Both the position numbers and the translations under genes were made by a program. The notes below the pieces were generated by a model. The model was not told where the DNA came from. It searched no databases and was given only the letters and a program-made list of their open reading frames with translations. A stretch of 64,000 nt of DNA from Vicugna vicugna (taxonomy: Eukaryota): assembly GCA_013265495.1 (NCBI GenBank), contig MU058000.1, forward strand, positions 2,170,001 through 2,234,000, written 5' to 3'. This document shows, one piece after another, positions 14,563 to 26,785 of this stretch; position 1 is the stretch's first letter; each line of letters begins with the position of its first letter.

Positions 14563-15905
14563 ATTTTATTAGACTCTTTTTTAAAGCAGTTTTAGTTTCA
14601 GAGCAAAACTGAGCACAATGTATAAAGATATCCTATATAACCCCTGCTCCAACACAGCCATAACCTCCCCCATTATGAACATCCCCCCGACAGTGTGGTA
14701 CATTTGTTACAATTTATGAACCCACACTGACACATCATAATCATCCAAAGTTCACAGTTTAACTTAGGGTCCACTCTTGGTGTTATACATCTGTGAGTTT
14801 GGACAAATGTATGTATAACATGTATTCGTTATTGTAGTATTCAGAATACTTTCAGTGCCTTAAAGTTAATCTGTTCTCTGCCAATTCACCCCTCCCTCTC
14901 TTCTCAGCCCTGGCTACCTCTGATCTTTTTACTGTCTCCGTAGTTTTGCCTCTTCCACAGTGTCATACAGTAATCAGCCTTTTCAGAATGGCTCCTTTAA
15001 TGTAGAAATATTCATTTAAAGTTCTTCCCTGTCTTTTCATGGTTTGATAGCTTACTTCATTTTGGCATTGAATAATATTCCATTGACTGCATGTACCATA
15101 GTTTATTTCTCCACTCACTTACTGAAGGATATCTTAGTTGCTTCCAGGTTTTGGCAATTATGAATAAAGGTGCTATAAACTTCCAGGTACAGGTTTTTGT
15201 GTGGACGTGTTTTCTGCTCATTTGTGCAAATATCAAGGAGCATGATTGGTGAATCATATGGTGAGAGCATGTTTAGTTTTTAACAACTGCCAGACTGTCT
15301 TTCAAAGTGACTGTAGCATGGGGCATTCTCACCGGCAACATTTGAGAGTTCCTGTTGCTCCACATCCTCAGCAGCATTTGGTATTGATTGTCATTGCTTT
15401 GGATTTCAGACATTCTGTTACGTGTGTAGTGATATTACATTGCTTTAATTTGAAGTTCCCTCGTGAGATATAATTTTGAACATGTTTTTATATGCTTCTG
15501 TGTCATCTTCTTTGTTAAGTGGTCTGCTCAGGACTCTGGCTCATTTTTTAATCAGGTTGTTCGTTTTCTCACTGTTGAGCTTTAAGTGTTCTTTGTATGT
15601 TTTGGATAATGAGGTATATGTCTTTTTTGATGAGATATCTCCTTTTTTTGAGGTATATCTTTTGCAAATATTTCCTCCCACTTTGTCACTTGTCTTCTCA
15701 TTCTTCTTGAGATCAGCTTTCACAGAGCAGCAGTCTTTAATTCTAGTGAAGTACAGCTTACTGATTATTTCTTTTAGGGATCATGCCTTTGGTGTTGTAT
15801 CTAAAAAGTCATCACCACACTCAAGGCCACTGAGAAACTCCTCCATGTTATCTTTTAGGAGTTTTATAGTTTTGCACTTTTGCATTTAGGTCTATGATTG
15901 ATTTA
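14563..15905 (-). mobile_element. Old L1 3' region (L1MC1-like)
   Basis: aaagcagttttagtttcagagcaaaactgagc...ggtacatttgttacaat... 3' UTR. Minus-strand ORF fragments (KTCTWKFIAPLFIIAKTWKQLRYPSVSEW) match the L1 ORF2 C-terminus. Confidence 0.85.
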
Positions 15906-16695
15906 AATTATTTTTTCAGCATATTTTTTGAAAAATTTTTAGAGGTTGATCTAGGCTTTATCTTATATATCTTAGCTTTGCCTTCCTTTTTATAAGATAA
16001 TTTTGCTAGATACAGGATTCTTGGTAGATTTTTTCCTTCATTATTTTAAATGTGTTATCCCATTTGGCTCTTGCTTTTTTTACTGAATTTTTATAGATTT
16101 TCAAGAATAGATTCATATGTTGTTTTCTCTCAGGATCATTTCCAGAGGCTTTAATTTTTCCTGCTGTTATTATTTTTTTTTAAATAATTTTCACCACTTT
16201 TAGTCAGAAGAGGGTCAGCAAATGGAGAGACAGGGAGAGAGAGATCAGAAAGGAGAGCAAAAACAAGAATTTTCTTAAGATGTCTCTCTAATTTCAGTTC
16301 TCTTTACCAAGCTACATATTTGGATGTAGGAAATGAACAAAAAATATTTTCAAATATTTAAGTCAATTTGCAATTCTTTATCTTGGTAAGACAGAGATAA
16401 CCCTGAATTGAGAATAAGACCACATTAGCTTTATTGCTAGCTGGCCCTGTTAATTTGGACAAATCTCTTAATACTTACTTGCTTCCTTATGCACAAAATT
16501 ACATTAATTAAATCTGAATTACATGCCATACAGAGCTGTTACAGAACTAAAAGAATAATGTAAACATAATATATAAATGCGGATTGACACACATGTCTTG
16601 TATTGAAGTAGAATTTATAAAAAGAAGAAATGTACCTGCATGGTTTCCACATGTATTTACTGAGCAGCCATTATTTTAGGCAGACAGGCTTCAGT

Positions 16696-16698
<3 letters not shown>

Positions 16699-16736
<38 letters not shown>

Positions 16737-16813
16737 CATAAAATTTAATTAAAAAAATAAAANNNNNNNNNNNNNNNNNNNNNNNNNNNNNNNNNNNNAA
16801 AAAAAAAAAAAAA
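16699..16813. other. Poly(A) tracts surrounding an assembly gap (36 N at 16763-16798)
   Basis: A36 at 16699-16734, then the N run, then a further A tract. Confidence 0.95.
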
Positions 16814-19800
16814 AGAAACCCAAATCTCCTAGAATTTATTTTCAATTAGTAGAGATAGAAAATAAATAAATAAATATATAAATGCAATTTAATTATACAT
16901 TTACATGAAAAAATATTCTATTTAATTCCATGTCAGACTTTATTTTAAGCTGAAATGAGAATAAAAATTCAAATTAACACAGTTCTATAATAATAATATC
17001 TTCACCTTGGAGAAATGTATACAGGAAGGGGTGTTTTCTTAGAAATACATATCTGAATATTATACTATTTGGGGGTTCGTAGTTTAATTAACCACTTTTA
17101 TTTATGTTGGTCTGATGCAATAATGTGTTGTCTTATACATAATTCCAGCCTATCTACAATTCATAAAATGTATTAGGTTCCAACAATGCTAAGACCTTCC
17201 TTGGCACAAGTGAAATGATTTCAGAGCCTGCCTGGAGAAAGTCTTACCCCCTTATGCCTGATGAGATCTTAAAACACCTCTCATAGCAGACACTCGGATA
17301 GAATGATGTCAGTGTAAAATGACAGATGGCAGCCTTTACCTGTAAGAAGGTTTTGATAAAAGAGAAGACGGAAGGAAGCTTAGAGATGATGCACATTTGT
17401 ATAGTCAGAGCAATAGGATGAATCCAATGAAGAGGTAAGGAGGCAGTAATGGTAGTCTCTGCGTATGTTTATACATAATATCCTGGAGGTAAATATTTAT
17501 TCAGTAAAGAAATATTGAGCTCTTACTCTGTGTCCCTCACTCTACTTGGGCTGATAATTCAAGACGAATCGGGCATGGGTTATGCCTGCAAGTTTCCTAC
17601 AGTCAATTACAGAGAGGCCATCATGGAAATCTTCCTGTGTTCCATGCTGCTCTAGTGTCTTCACAGCACTGTCCCCAAAGGGAAGAAGCTAATTGCTAGC
17701 AGGTGGATAGGAAAGGCTACAAAAAGTAAGCAAGTTGAGCTGATTTTGAAAGAGGAGATGTTCACCTGAAAGATATGATGGGATGTGGAGTGATGACGGT
17801 GGTCGGGGGTGTACAAAAAGTTTTCCAGACAGACAGCAGGATTAAGGATTTTGAACACATACGCACAAGTACTTGCCTGAAAGGAGAATTTACGAAGCAC
17901 TTTTACTCTTAAGTTTGCAAGATTGCATGAGAACATATTTTTATTATGCTGCTCTACAAAATACTGCAATTATTCTTCTGTAGTATCTGATTGTTTTATT
18001 TTTTTCAATCTACACATATGGAAGAGAGAACTGTAATTTTATATACAGGTATGTCAAATAAGCTTTGAAGAAGTTCTTTAAAAAGTGTTTTAAAAATTCA
18101 GAGTGAAAATTTACACACCTTTTAGCACTATTAATATTATCCAACGAATTATGGGAAAATAACACTATTTAGCCAAGAGTTTGGAAATTACTTGAAAATG
18201 CATTTCCCCAATCTTAGGATGTTTTGCATTAGATAACACTAAAATATTATTGAAAGCTGTCATAGGTTAGCATTAGAGAACAGATGCCCAGAATATAAAT
18301 TCTAACACCCAGGAATCTCTTTGGTGTTCAAAAAGACAGAAGAACACACAAAAAAGATGTAAAAGTTTTACAGCATCTGGAGAATATTTTATAACTATTC
18401 TTTGGACCACTATTACACAAACTCCAACATATGCTCCAGAAAATTTTGTCTATAGGTTTTTGAAATACATAAAAAACCTTGACAGGACTTGATTCTCACT
18501 ATTATAAATAGAGAAATACCCTTGCCCACTTAACATGCAGTTGCTATTTAAAGCCAGCTGGTTCAGCAAAGATGGAGGAGTCCTGTATGCACCAGGGATC
18601 TGTCGGCAAATAGGTGGGTGTTTAGTTCTGAGTAAAGTCTGCCAAGCTTGCAAAATATCCCTCTATGAAATTATGAGTGAATACTTGTCAGACTTTAGTC
18701 TGTGTCTTTTCCTAGATAATATTTTTTAAAAAGTAATCTTCCATATGTAAGAAATTGGCTCTGAAAGAAAGTTTATTCTCTATTCACCATTTGCTCACCT
18801 ACCAGAAAGGCATGCCTTTCTCCATTAAGAAAAAAATTCAGCCACACAAATTAAGTGCAGCCCACTTGCCAGTTCCAAAGGTATAAGTGTGGGCTATGAG
18901 CAGGGCAGGAAGGAACCGTGGAAAATAAAAGGACTCTGGAGGCTCACGCCCAAAGAAGTTTTCAATCACACTTTAAAATTAAGTGTCTCAAATCAGGATT
19001 TAATTTACAGTTTAAGATTTAATAACACAGTCATTGCATGTTAATTAAACAGCAATGGATCATTTACCAACGTGTTTAATGAGGTGTAACAACTATTGCA
19101 TATAAAACATACCGACATTATTATTACATTGCCATTAAACTTCAATAAATCTGTTTGAATAATTATTGGTATTTAAGTACTATAAAGTCGCTAACATAAC
19201 TAGGCATACCTATTTATATTCAATAAAACAGGAATTTTATTGTAGGAATAATTAAATTCCCAGGACCACATTCCTACCCTTGGATGACAAAAAAGTTCCT
19301 ATTGGAAACAGTGGGAGTCTCAGCTCCAGGAAGATGAAGAATTTAGGAGAGGAGAATTCAGCCCACACAGAAAGAACCATCCTCATCATTAGTTGCAGAG
19401 TCTCACCTTTCTTTAGGGACCACGCTCACCTTTAATTTAATTAATGCGTAGAATTGGGAGAGCATTCCCTCCATTATTCTTTTGACTGGAGGATCATAAA
19501 TCCCTACACCACCTCCCTTGTGCTCACACAGTGTAAACTGGAGAGCCCCGTCTAAGACGGTGACTCACCCAAAGGTGCAGAAAAGCAGTAATTTGTATGC
19601 TGGGAGGCTTTGGTGAGCTAGCAAGGAGCAGAGGGCTCTGCTGACAGAAATAAACGTGGGTCGTGGCCCCTGTTTGGCCTGTGTGTTGCCAGTCTGCCCG
19701 CAAGATGAGGAAGGTGTGATGCCATCAAGAACTGATCTGCTCTGAAGAATGAAGTGAAATGTGCTGTCAGATGCAATCTCAAAAGGCCTGTGGGTGAAGA

Positions 19801-20349
19801 GAGCAAAGGCAGGATTTAGCTAGACTGGGAATATGGAGCTCCATGTGATGGGATAATCTATAGTCCCCATGACTTGAAAAATTCATATCCTTAATGTTTA
19901 ATTTTTGGCTGATAGTTTATAAATGTAGCACCTTCCCCATTTATCCAGAATTTTTATTACATTTTGCCAGAGAGTTAGTAGATCAGTGTGGTATCTAGTT
20001 TGAAGGTGACATTTTATAGAAAGCCAGATAGTATGTACTGGAGATAAAGGCAGGGTTAGGAATTCAGCTGAAGCTGGAAACTGGAGCGAAATGCTTTAAG
20101 GGTACGCATGGACACCCAAAGAGCACCATCAGTGGTGGTTTGGGTGCCCCTGCCCTTTCATGTAAATTTTAAGATGGCCTTGTGAAGCCTGAAGATTTGT
20201 GGAACCCTGGCAGCTGACACTTGATATACAAATAGGCAACGCACATATTTGTCATTTCAGTAGAGATCAACAAGGGTAAGATACAAATTGTCATCAAGTT
20301 GGAGAAGTATATATTACACAAATAAAATGATAGAGAAGGAGGGGAAAAA

Positions 20350-20735
20350 AAGGCCAGAGTCAGTAAAGACTAGTGGTTGCCAGTGGTTACAGGGGAGGTT
20401 GAGCTGAATAAGTGGAGCACAGAGGATTGTTAGGGCAGTGGAACTGCTCTGTGTGATCCTGTCACGGTGGATGCATGTCGTTATACATCTGTCCAAACCC
20501 ACAGAATGTACATCACCAAGAACAACCCCTAATGTAAACTGTGGACCTCGAGTGACAGTGATGTGTCAATGTAGGTTCACCAATTGTAATAAATATACCA
20601 CTCTTGCTAGGGCCTGTTGATAGCATGGGAGGCTATGCGTATGTGGGGGAGGTGGGAAATGGGACATATCTGTACTCGTCACTCAGTTTTGCTGTGAACC
20701 TAAAACTGCTCTAAAAAATGTGCTCTATTTACATA
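20350..20735 (+). mobile_element. Old L1 3' UTR fragment (L1MC1-like)
   Basis: gtggttgccagtgg...gtccaaacccacagaatgtaca...tttgctgtgaacctaaaactgctctaaaaa; same family as 14563-15905 in the opposite orientation. Confidence 0.85.
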
Positions 20736-21669
20736 AAAAGATCAGTGTCTACTGAAGTGCTAATTATGTGCAGCAAAAGTTTCATGGAGAGGAAATTTGA
20801 AAAGTGGGAATATCAGTGAAGAATGGGGAGGCTTTATAGAGTAGAGAGTTGAATTATGCCCTAAAGAGCAGAAATTGAGTAAGGAGAGGTGAATAGACCT
20901 AGACCAGGGACTTCAAGACAGAAAAAGAGAGAAAATGTAAGATGGTGTGTGAAAACATGTCTTAGCGTAGTATAAATCACACCAGTTAGAAAATGAGATT
21001 GTTTTGTAAACAGATAAAAATTCCAAGTGTTTTTATTAGGGTAGATACAATGGGGTCATGATTAAATGTCTTGTCATTGAGCAAACCGGGTTTAGATTTG
21101 CTCCCAAAAGGAACACCAGGCAACTGATGAGTTCTGAGACAAGAAATGCCATGTCAACAAATGACCTCCTGTCTCTCTCATTGTTCTTTTTCAAAGGGTG
21201 GGTAATAATTCATGAAGACTCCAACAGTAATTTGAGTAAATTATTATATCATCTTCACTTCCTTGTTAAGGCTCATTAGTTTCTGCAAACAGATCAGTGT
21301 ACAACTTACCTCCAACTTGCTGATGCGGATTCCTTCTCACAGAGTGCCCTTGCTACTTTGCAGACTTTGTGATAACCTGCTCATCATTCAGAAGCAGCTG
21401 TGTGCGGCCTTCTTCAGGAAACCTTTGATGATTCAGGGGTCCTGGGTAGACTCGTTAGACCGGGGAGCTGCCTCTCCTTTAAGTTTCCTATAAACCTACA
21501 CTAACTGTTCCCATGTCGCCTGCAAATGTGGTTACATGCCGCGATTTATAGTCTTCTTCCGGTTCGGCCGAAGACTTTGATAACAGATACATTTCACTCA
21601 TCTGCTATTACATTTTTATTTAAATTTTCCCAGCTTTATTGAGATATAATTAACTTAAGATTGTGTAAG

Positions 21670-21822
21670 GGGTTTTTTTGTTTTGTTTTGTTTTGCAGGG
21701 GGCGGTAATTAGGTTTGTTTATTTATTTATTTATTTATTTATTTAATGGAGGTGCTGGGGATTGAACCCAGGACCTTATGCATGCTGAGCCCAAGCTCTA
21801 CCAGTAAGCAATACCCTCCCCC
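21670..21822 (-). mobile_element. tRNA-derived SINE (camelid Vic-1-like)
   Basis: Reverse complement reads ggggagggtattgcttactggtagag...gggttcaatccccagcacctccatt, giving Pol III A/B boxes and a (TAAA)n tail. TSD agattgtgtaag/aggttgtgtaag (21658-21669, 21824-21835). Confidence 0.9.
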
Positions 21823-22336
21823 TAGGTTGTGTAAGTTTAAGGTATACAAGGTGTTGATTTAATATGCTTACATTTTGCAAAATGATGACTACTGTAGTGT
21901 TTAGTAATGCATCATGCCCACACATGTGATTAGAATATTTTCTGTGATTAGAATATTTAAGGTCTATTCTCTTAGCAACGTTTAAGTATATAATACATAC
22001 TATTAACTATAGTCACCATGCTTTACATTAGATCTCGGGACTTTTATAACTAGAAGTTTGTACTCTTTCACCAACCTTTCCCCATCTTCCTGACCTCCAG
22101 CCTTTGTGAGCACTGTTCTACTCTCTGTTTCTATCAGTTTGCCTGTTTTAGATTCCATATATGCATGATATAGTGTGGTATTTGTCTTTCTGTGTCTGAC
22201 TTGTTTCACTTAGCATAATGCCCTCAAGGTCCATCCATATTGTTGTAAATGACAAGATGTCCTTCTTTCTCATGGCTCAATAATATTTTGTGTATATGTA
22301 AATAATATCATATACATCCACACTAAATTTCCATTA

Positions 22337-22361
22337 CATACACACACACACACACACACAG
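22337..22361 (+). repeat. (CA)n microsatellite
   Basis: Directly visible. Confidence 0.9.
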
Positions 22362-22894
22362 ATATACATATATCTCACATAACCTTTATCCATTCCTCTA
22401 TTAATGGACCTTTATGTTGTTTCCATATCTTGGCTGTTGTGAATAACACTGCAGTAAACATGGGAGTGCAGGTATCACCTCACACATTTTAGGATGACTG
22501 CCATCAAATGACAAGAGATATGGCAAGTGTTGGCAAGGATGTGGAGACAAGGGAACTCTTTTGCACTGTTAGAGAGAATATAACTTGATATAGTCACTGT
22601 GGAAAACAGTCTGGAGGCTCCTCAAAATATTAATAGTAGAACTCCCCATGTGATCCAGCAGTCTCACTTCTGGGTATATAACCAAAAGAAGTGAAAACAG
22701 TATTTATTAATATATTTTTAATCTTTTAATCTTTTTAATTAGACCTTCAGATGCACGGATGTTGGTTAATCATAATCTTGACATCCTTTCATCATCTTGT
22801 TCACCTTCCAGTTCTGAGTCTTAACAGAGAGCTGGAATATAAACCACAGAGGGTGTATTCCATGAATTTAAGCTCTCTGGGCGAATGCAAACCC

Positions 22895-23455
22895 TGTCAA
22901 GCAGAATTTCAAGATAACCTCCATGACCTTTGCTCCCTGGTGTTACTCCCATATTGATTTTAATTTTTATGCCAAGGGGAATTATTCTAGTGGACCTAAT
23001 CTAGTCACATGAGTCTATTACCAGAGGAGCTTTCTCCCACTGATGGCAAAAGAGGAAGCCAGAGAGATTTCAAGAGTGAGATGGACACAGACACTCTGCT
23101 TCTGGTTTGAAGATGGAGAAAGTCTCATGGAAAGGAATATGGGTGGTCTCTAGGAGAAGAGAGTAGTCCACTGCCAGCAGCCCACAGTGCACTGGGGATC
23201 TCAACTTATAGCTACAAGGAAATAGATTCTCTCAAAACCCTGAATGAGCTTAAAAGTGAATTCTTCTCTGGAGCCTTTCAATCAGAGCCTGGCCTAGAGG
23301 GTGTCTCAATTTGGCTGTGTAAGAAGCTGATCAGAGAGACCCCAGCCAATCCCACACAGTATTCTGACTTACCAAACTGTGAGAGACTGTGTGAGTGTTG
23401 TTTTGAAGCTTCTATGTCTGTGATAATTTGTTACACAGCAATAGAAAATGAACAT
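22895..23455 (+). mobile_element. MaLR solo LTR (MLT1D/E-like)
   Basis: ggtttgaagatggag...ctacaaggaaatagattct...ctgaatgagctt...aactgtgaga...taatttgttacacagcaatagaaaatgaaca. Confidence 0.8.
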
Positions 23456-26059
23456 GCACAAAAAACCACTTTTTCCCTTTCCTTTTACAACAATGCCACA
23501 AGTAATGTACTATGGGCACACTATTAATAAATTGATATAAATAAATAAGACAGCTATTATTATGGCCTATGAAGAACTGAGTTTTCCGTGATTGCAGGAA
23601 TTAACTTCTGATTTATGGAAAGTGTCAGATTTTAAAAGGTAGTTGTAGTCTTGCTTCAAGAATGGTATTAGCAGAGAGTGATTTTATCCTGGTTCAGGCT
23701 GGACTACATCTATCCTTCTGAGATAGGAGATCCTTCTTTCTTAACAGGGAATAAAATTTTTAGCACTGACATGTGCCTGACTGGAGGAACAAATAAAGAC
23801 AGAGGATCTTATGTAGCAGATATCAGAAGTCAGATCAGGTGTACATTACCAAAAATCAGGGCACCAAACTATGAAAGTAACAGACACAGGCTGGCAGAAA
23901 TTAGGTGATCAAAGCTTAAGAGTTTATAGGAACTAAAATGAAGGATGTTAAAGGAGAACATTTCCTATCCTCCAGAAAGTTTAAGAAAAATCTTTGATCC
24001 ATCTTTCCCAGACATCCCCAAAAGGCAAGCATTGACCTTGCATTAAACTCAAAGTTTTCTTTAAGCCTAGTTAGGCAAGGAATTGAAAAAGGAGCTGCTA
24101 AGAGTTTGGGGTTTCAGGAATCATAGCGGTGTCTATCATAAGTGAATAGAGAAGAAAAAAAACAGAGAAATGGTAAAGATGGGATTTATGACAGGAGAGA
24201 AGTATGACAAAGATGGATATTCAGATTGTACAGAGTAAATTCCTTATCTAGTTTGAAGAGACATGGACCACCATCCACAAAGGGTGAGAAGCGTAAAGCC
24301 ATCAAACATCCGAAGTACCAGAAGTACTGTTTGGGAAAGCTATGCTGTCTACCTCAGACAGGTCAGCCAGAGATATTTTTGGATAATATAGAGCCTTGAA
24401 ATGAAAGCAAACCTCAGAGGAGGGAAATACTCCTTTGGTCACAAAATGCCTGTATTGTTTTTTCACACATACATGGTGGGGGCGGGAGAGAAGAGGAGGG
24501 CGGGGAGGAGGAGAAGGAGAGAGACAGGGGGAGGGAGAGGGAAAGAGAAACAAACCATGCTAATTAGAGCAGTAATAGACTTTCATCGTGTGAGAAGTTT
24601 GTTTTCTTTGGAAGAAAATGAATACTTGCTGCATAGAGGTGTTAACACAGGAGGAAAAGAGCCTTGGTTATGGTTGGTAGATAAAATGAACTGCATTTCG
24701 AGCTGTCATTCCCTATTTCACAGGACTGGAATCCAAACCAACGTGTAGCCCCTTGGCTTAGACAAAGCCCTATTAACATCAGGCTAAAGCAAAGACAGCT
24801 AAACGTAAAAACTATACAAAGTACAAGGATGTAAAGACCCCTTTCTTATGAGGGGGTGAACTGCCGTTTCATGAAGGAGGAGGATGAGGACATCAAATCA
24901 GAGAGTGGGTGGGAGCATTGCTTTACTGAAGAATTATGAGAGAATTCAAATGTCATTAGGATTGTGGCTCGTATATGCTCTGAATAGAGTTACTCTGCTC
25001 TAAACACATTTGGTGGCAGGTAGCATTTACAAAGAGAAAGCTGAGCAACTAAAACCAGGCTCAAAAAGATTTCTACTTCCCAGGACAAAAACAAAACAAA
25101 ACAAAACAAAACAAACAAAAAAACAAAACAAAGAGATGAACAGAGCTGCAGGGAGTGGCAGCTAGGAGTTCAGCTCCTGAAGAATGACAGGAATGAAAAT
25201 TGCTAAAAGGAGGTGGAGAGTAGCCACCATTAAGCTAGAGAGGAACTCTGGGGGAATTAGAAAAAGTTCTCCCCGTAGGTATAAGTTTGGTTGGAGGATG
25301 GGGTTTGGTAGTCTTTTACGAGGTGAAAAAAATTATTTTCTCTAGGTAGCTACAGGGCTTGAAGGTTTTGTTCCATTCCCCAAATATGTGACCATTAAAG
25401 GTGTTCATGGTGGACTGACTGGGGGAAAAATGCACTGTAACACCTGTCTCGGGGTTCAGGTTTATGTGGGGACACAGGATTAAAGAGGAGAAGAACAGAG
25501 ACACAACTTGTTAATCAGGACCTGAGCAAAGCTGCCTGCTGCCTCTGGACTGGCCCGTCCCCATGTCCAATGTCCGCTTGGGGACAGGAACCACAACCTG
25601 TTATTATGACAGTTCTACACAGAGGACCCAGGGGTAGGGCTCAGACAACCACCAATGTCCTAGACAAGGAGCAGTAAGCCAGAGGAAGACAGATAATCGA
25701 CAATGAAACTAATAAGCCTTCTATAAAATATGTTGGCAAATTTAATAAATTACTGGCTTAAAAAAAGAAAAGAAAGACTATTATGTGTGGCTTAAAATAA
25801 AGGTGAATTTCAACATCAAGCCAAAAGGCCACAACTGTGGAGGAGGAGTGACCAATAGATAGTTAATGCTGGCTAAGTTCCTAGTGGGTTGAAAATTTAA
25901 CGTCAGCCAGTAGAAAAGTTGGAAATGTAGTTTGAAGTTTCTCTACAAGCAGAGTTAAAGGAAGGGGGAAAATAGAAAAACTTGTGAATTCAGGCATTGA
26001 CTAAGTGAAGGATGGAAATGATGGGAAGGTAGTGAATCATAAGGATTGTTATTTCAGTC

Positions 26060-26420
26060 AGATTCATGAGTGTTTTGCTGTGCTAAAATGTGACCTCCAA
26101 ACCCTGGTAGCTTGAGACGTTAAAGGTGGGTTTTTTTCTCCCACTATATATCTGCCGTGGGCTGAGCTTGGATTGTCTCCATGTAATCGTCACTCTGGGA
26201 CTCAGGGTGATGGAAGAGCTTCTATCTTCTATCGAGTCTTGCAACAGAGAAAGAAGAGATCGTGGCCAATCACACTGTGATCCGCAGTGCTTCTGCTCAG
26301 AGATCATGGCTATTACTTTCACTCAGATTTCACTGGGGAAACCAAGGCATTTGGTGAGACTGATGCTAGTGGAACTAGAGAGTATAATCTTGAAGGAAGG
26401 TGCACCAAGGGGAGGAACAC
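26060..26420 (-). mobile_element. Old MaLR LTR fragment (MLT1J-like)
   Basis: cactctgggactcagggtgatggaag...gcttctgctcagag...actttcactcagatttcactgg. Confidence 0.5.
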
Positions 26421-26785
26421 TGCAAGAAGAGGTAGCAGTGATTTAAAAATTGTTACACTGGTCAAGAGAAAACACACCATATTACAAGGTAAATGAGTCA
26501 AAGTATAGCAACAAGCACAATAAAAGTAACCAGATGAAAATCTAGTCAAAAATAGGATTTTAAAATCTTGTTAAAAATCATGGAACTATAGCCACTTAAA
26601 AAAAAAATCCTAAGACAAAAGGAGGCAGAAAGTCTAATCAAATAACACATATCAAGAAATTACCAAATGAAAGCTGCTGTAGTAGAAGCAATAACAGGTA
26701 AAAAATAATTTATCAGTAATTTTTAATAGAAATAAAGTCACTAAAGAAAATACTTATGAACAATACATAAAAATCACCAACTTCT

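Larger units (their letters stand above)
21612..22703 (-). mobile_element. L1 (L1MA9-like) 3' end with inverted 5' segment (22472-22703 on +), interrupted by a SINE
   Basis: Minus-strand L1 3' end (cagctttattgagatataat...aaacatgggagtgcaggtatc) abuts a plus-strand piece of the immediately upstream L1 sequence (tatcacctcaca...ctgggtatataaccaaaagaagtgaaaacagta). Confidence 0.85.

Noticed and set aside
24476..24550. Purine-rich G/A tract (triplex or G4 potential)
   Set aside because: Low-complexity sequence with no other supporting context.
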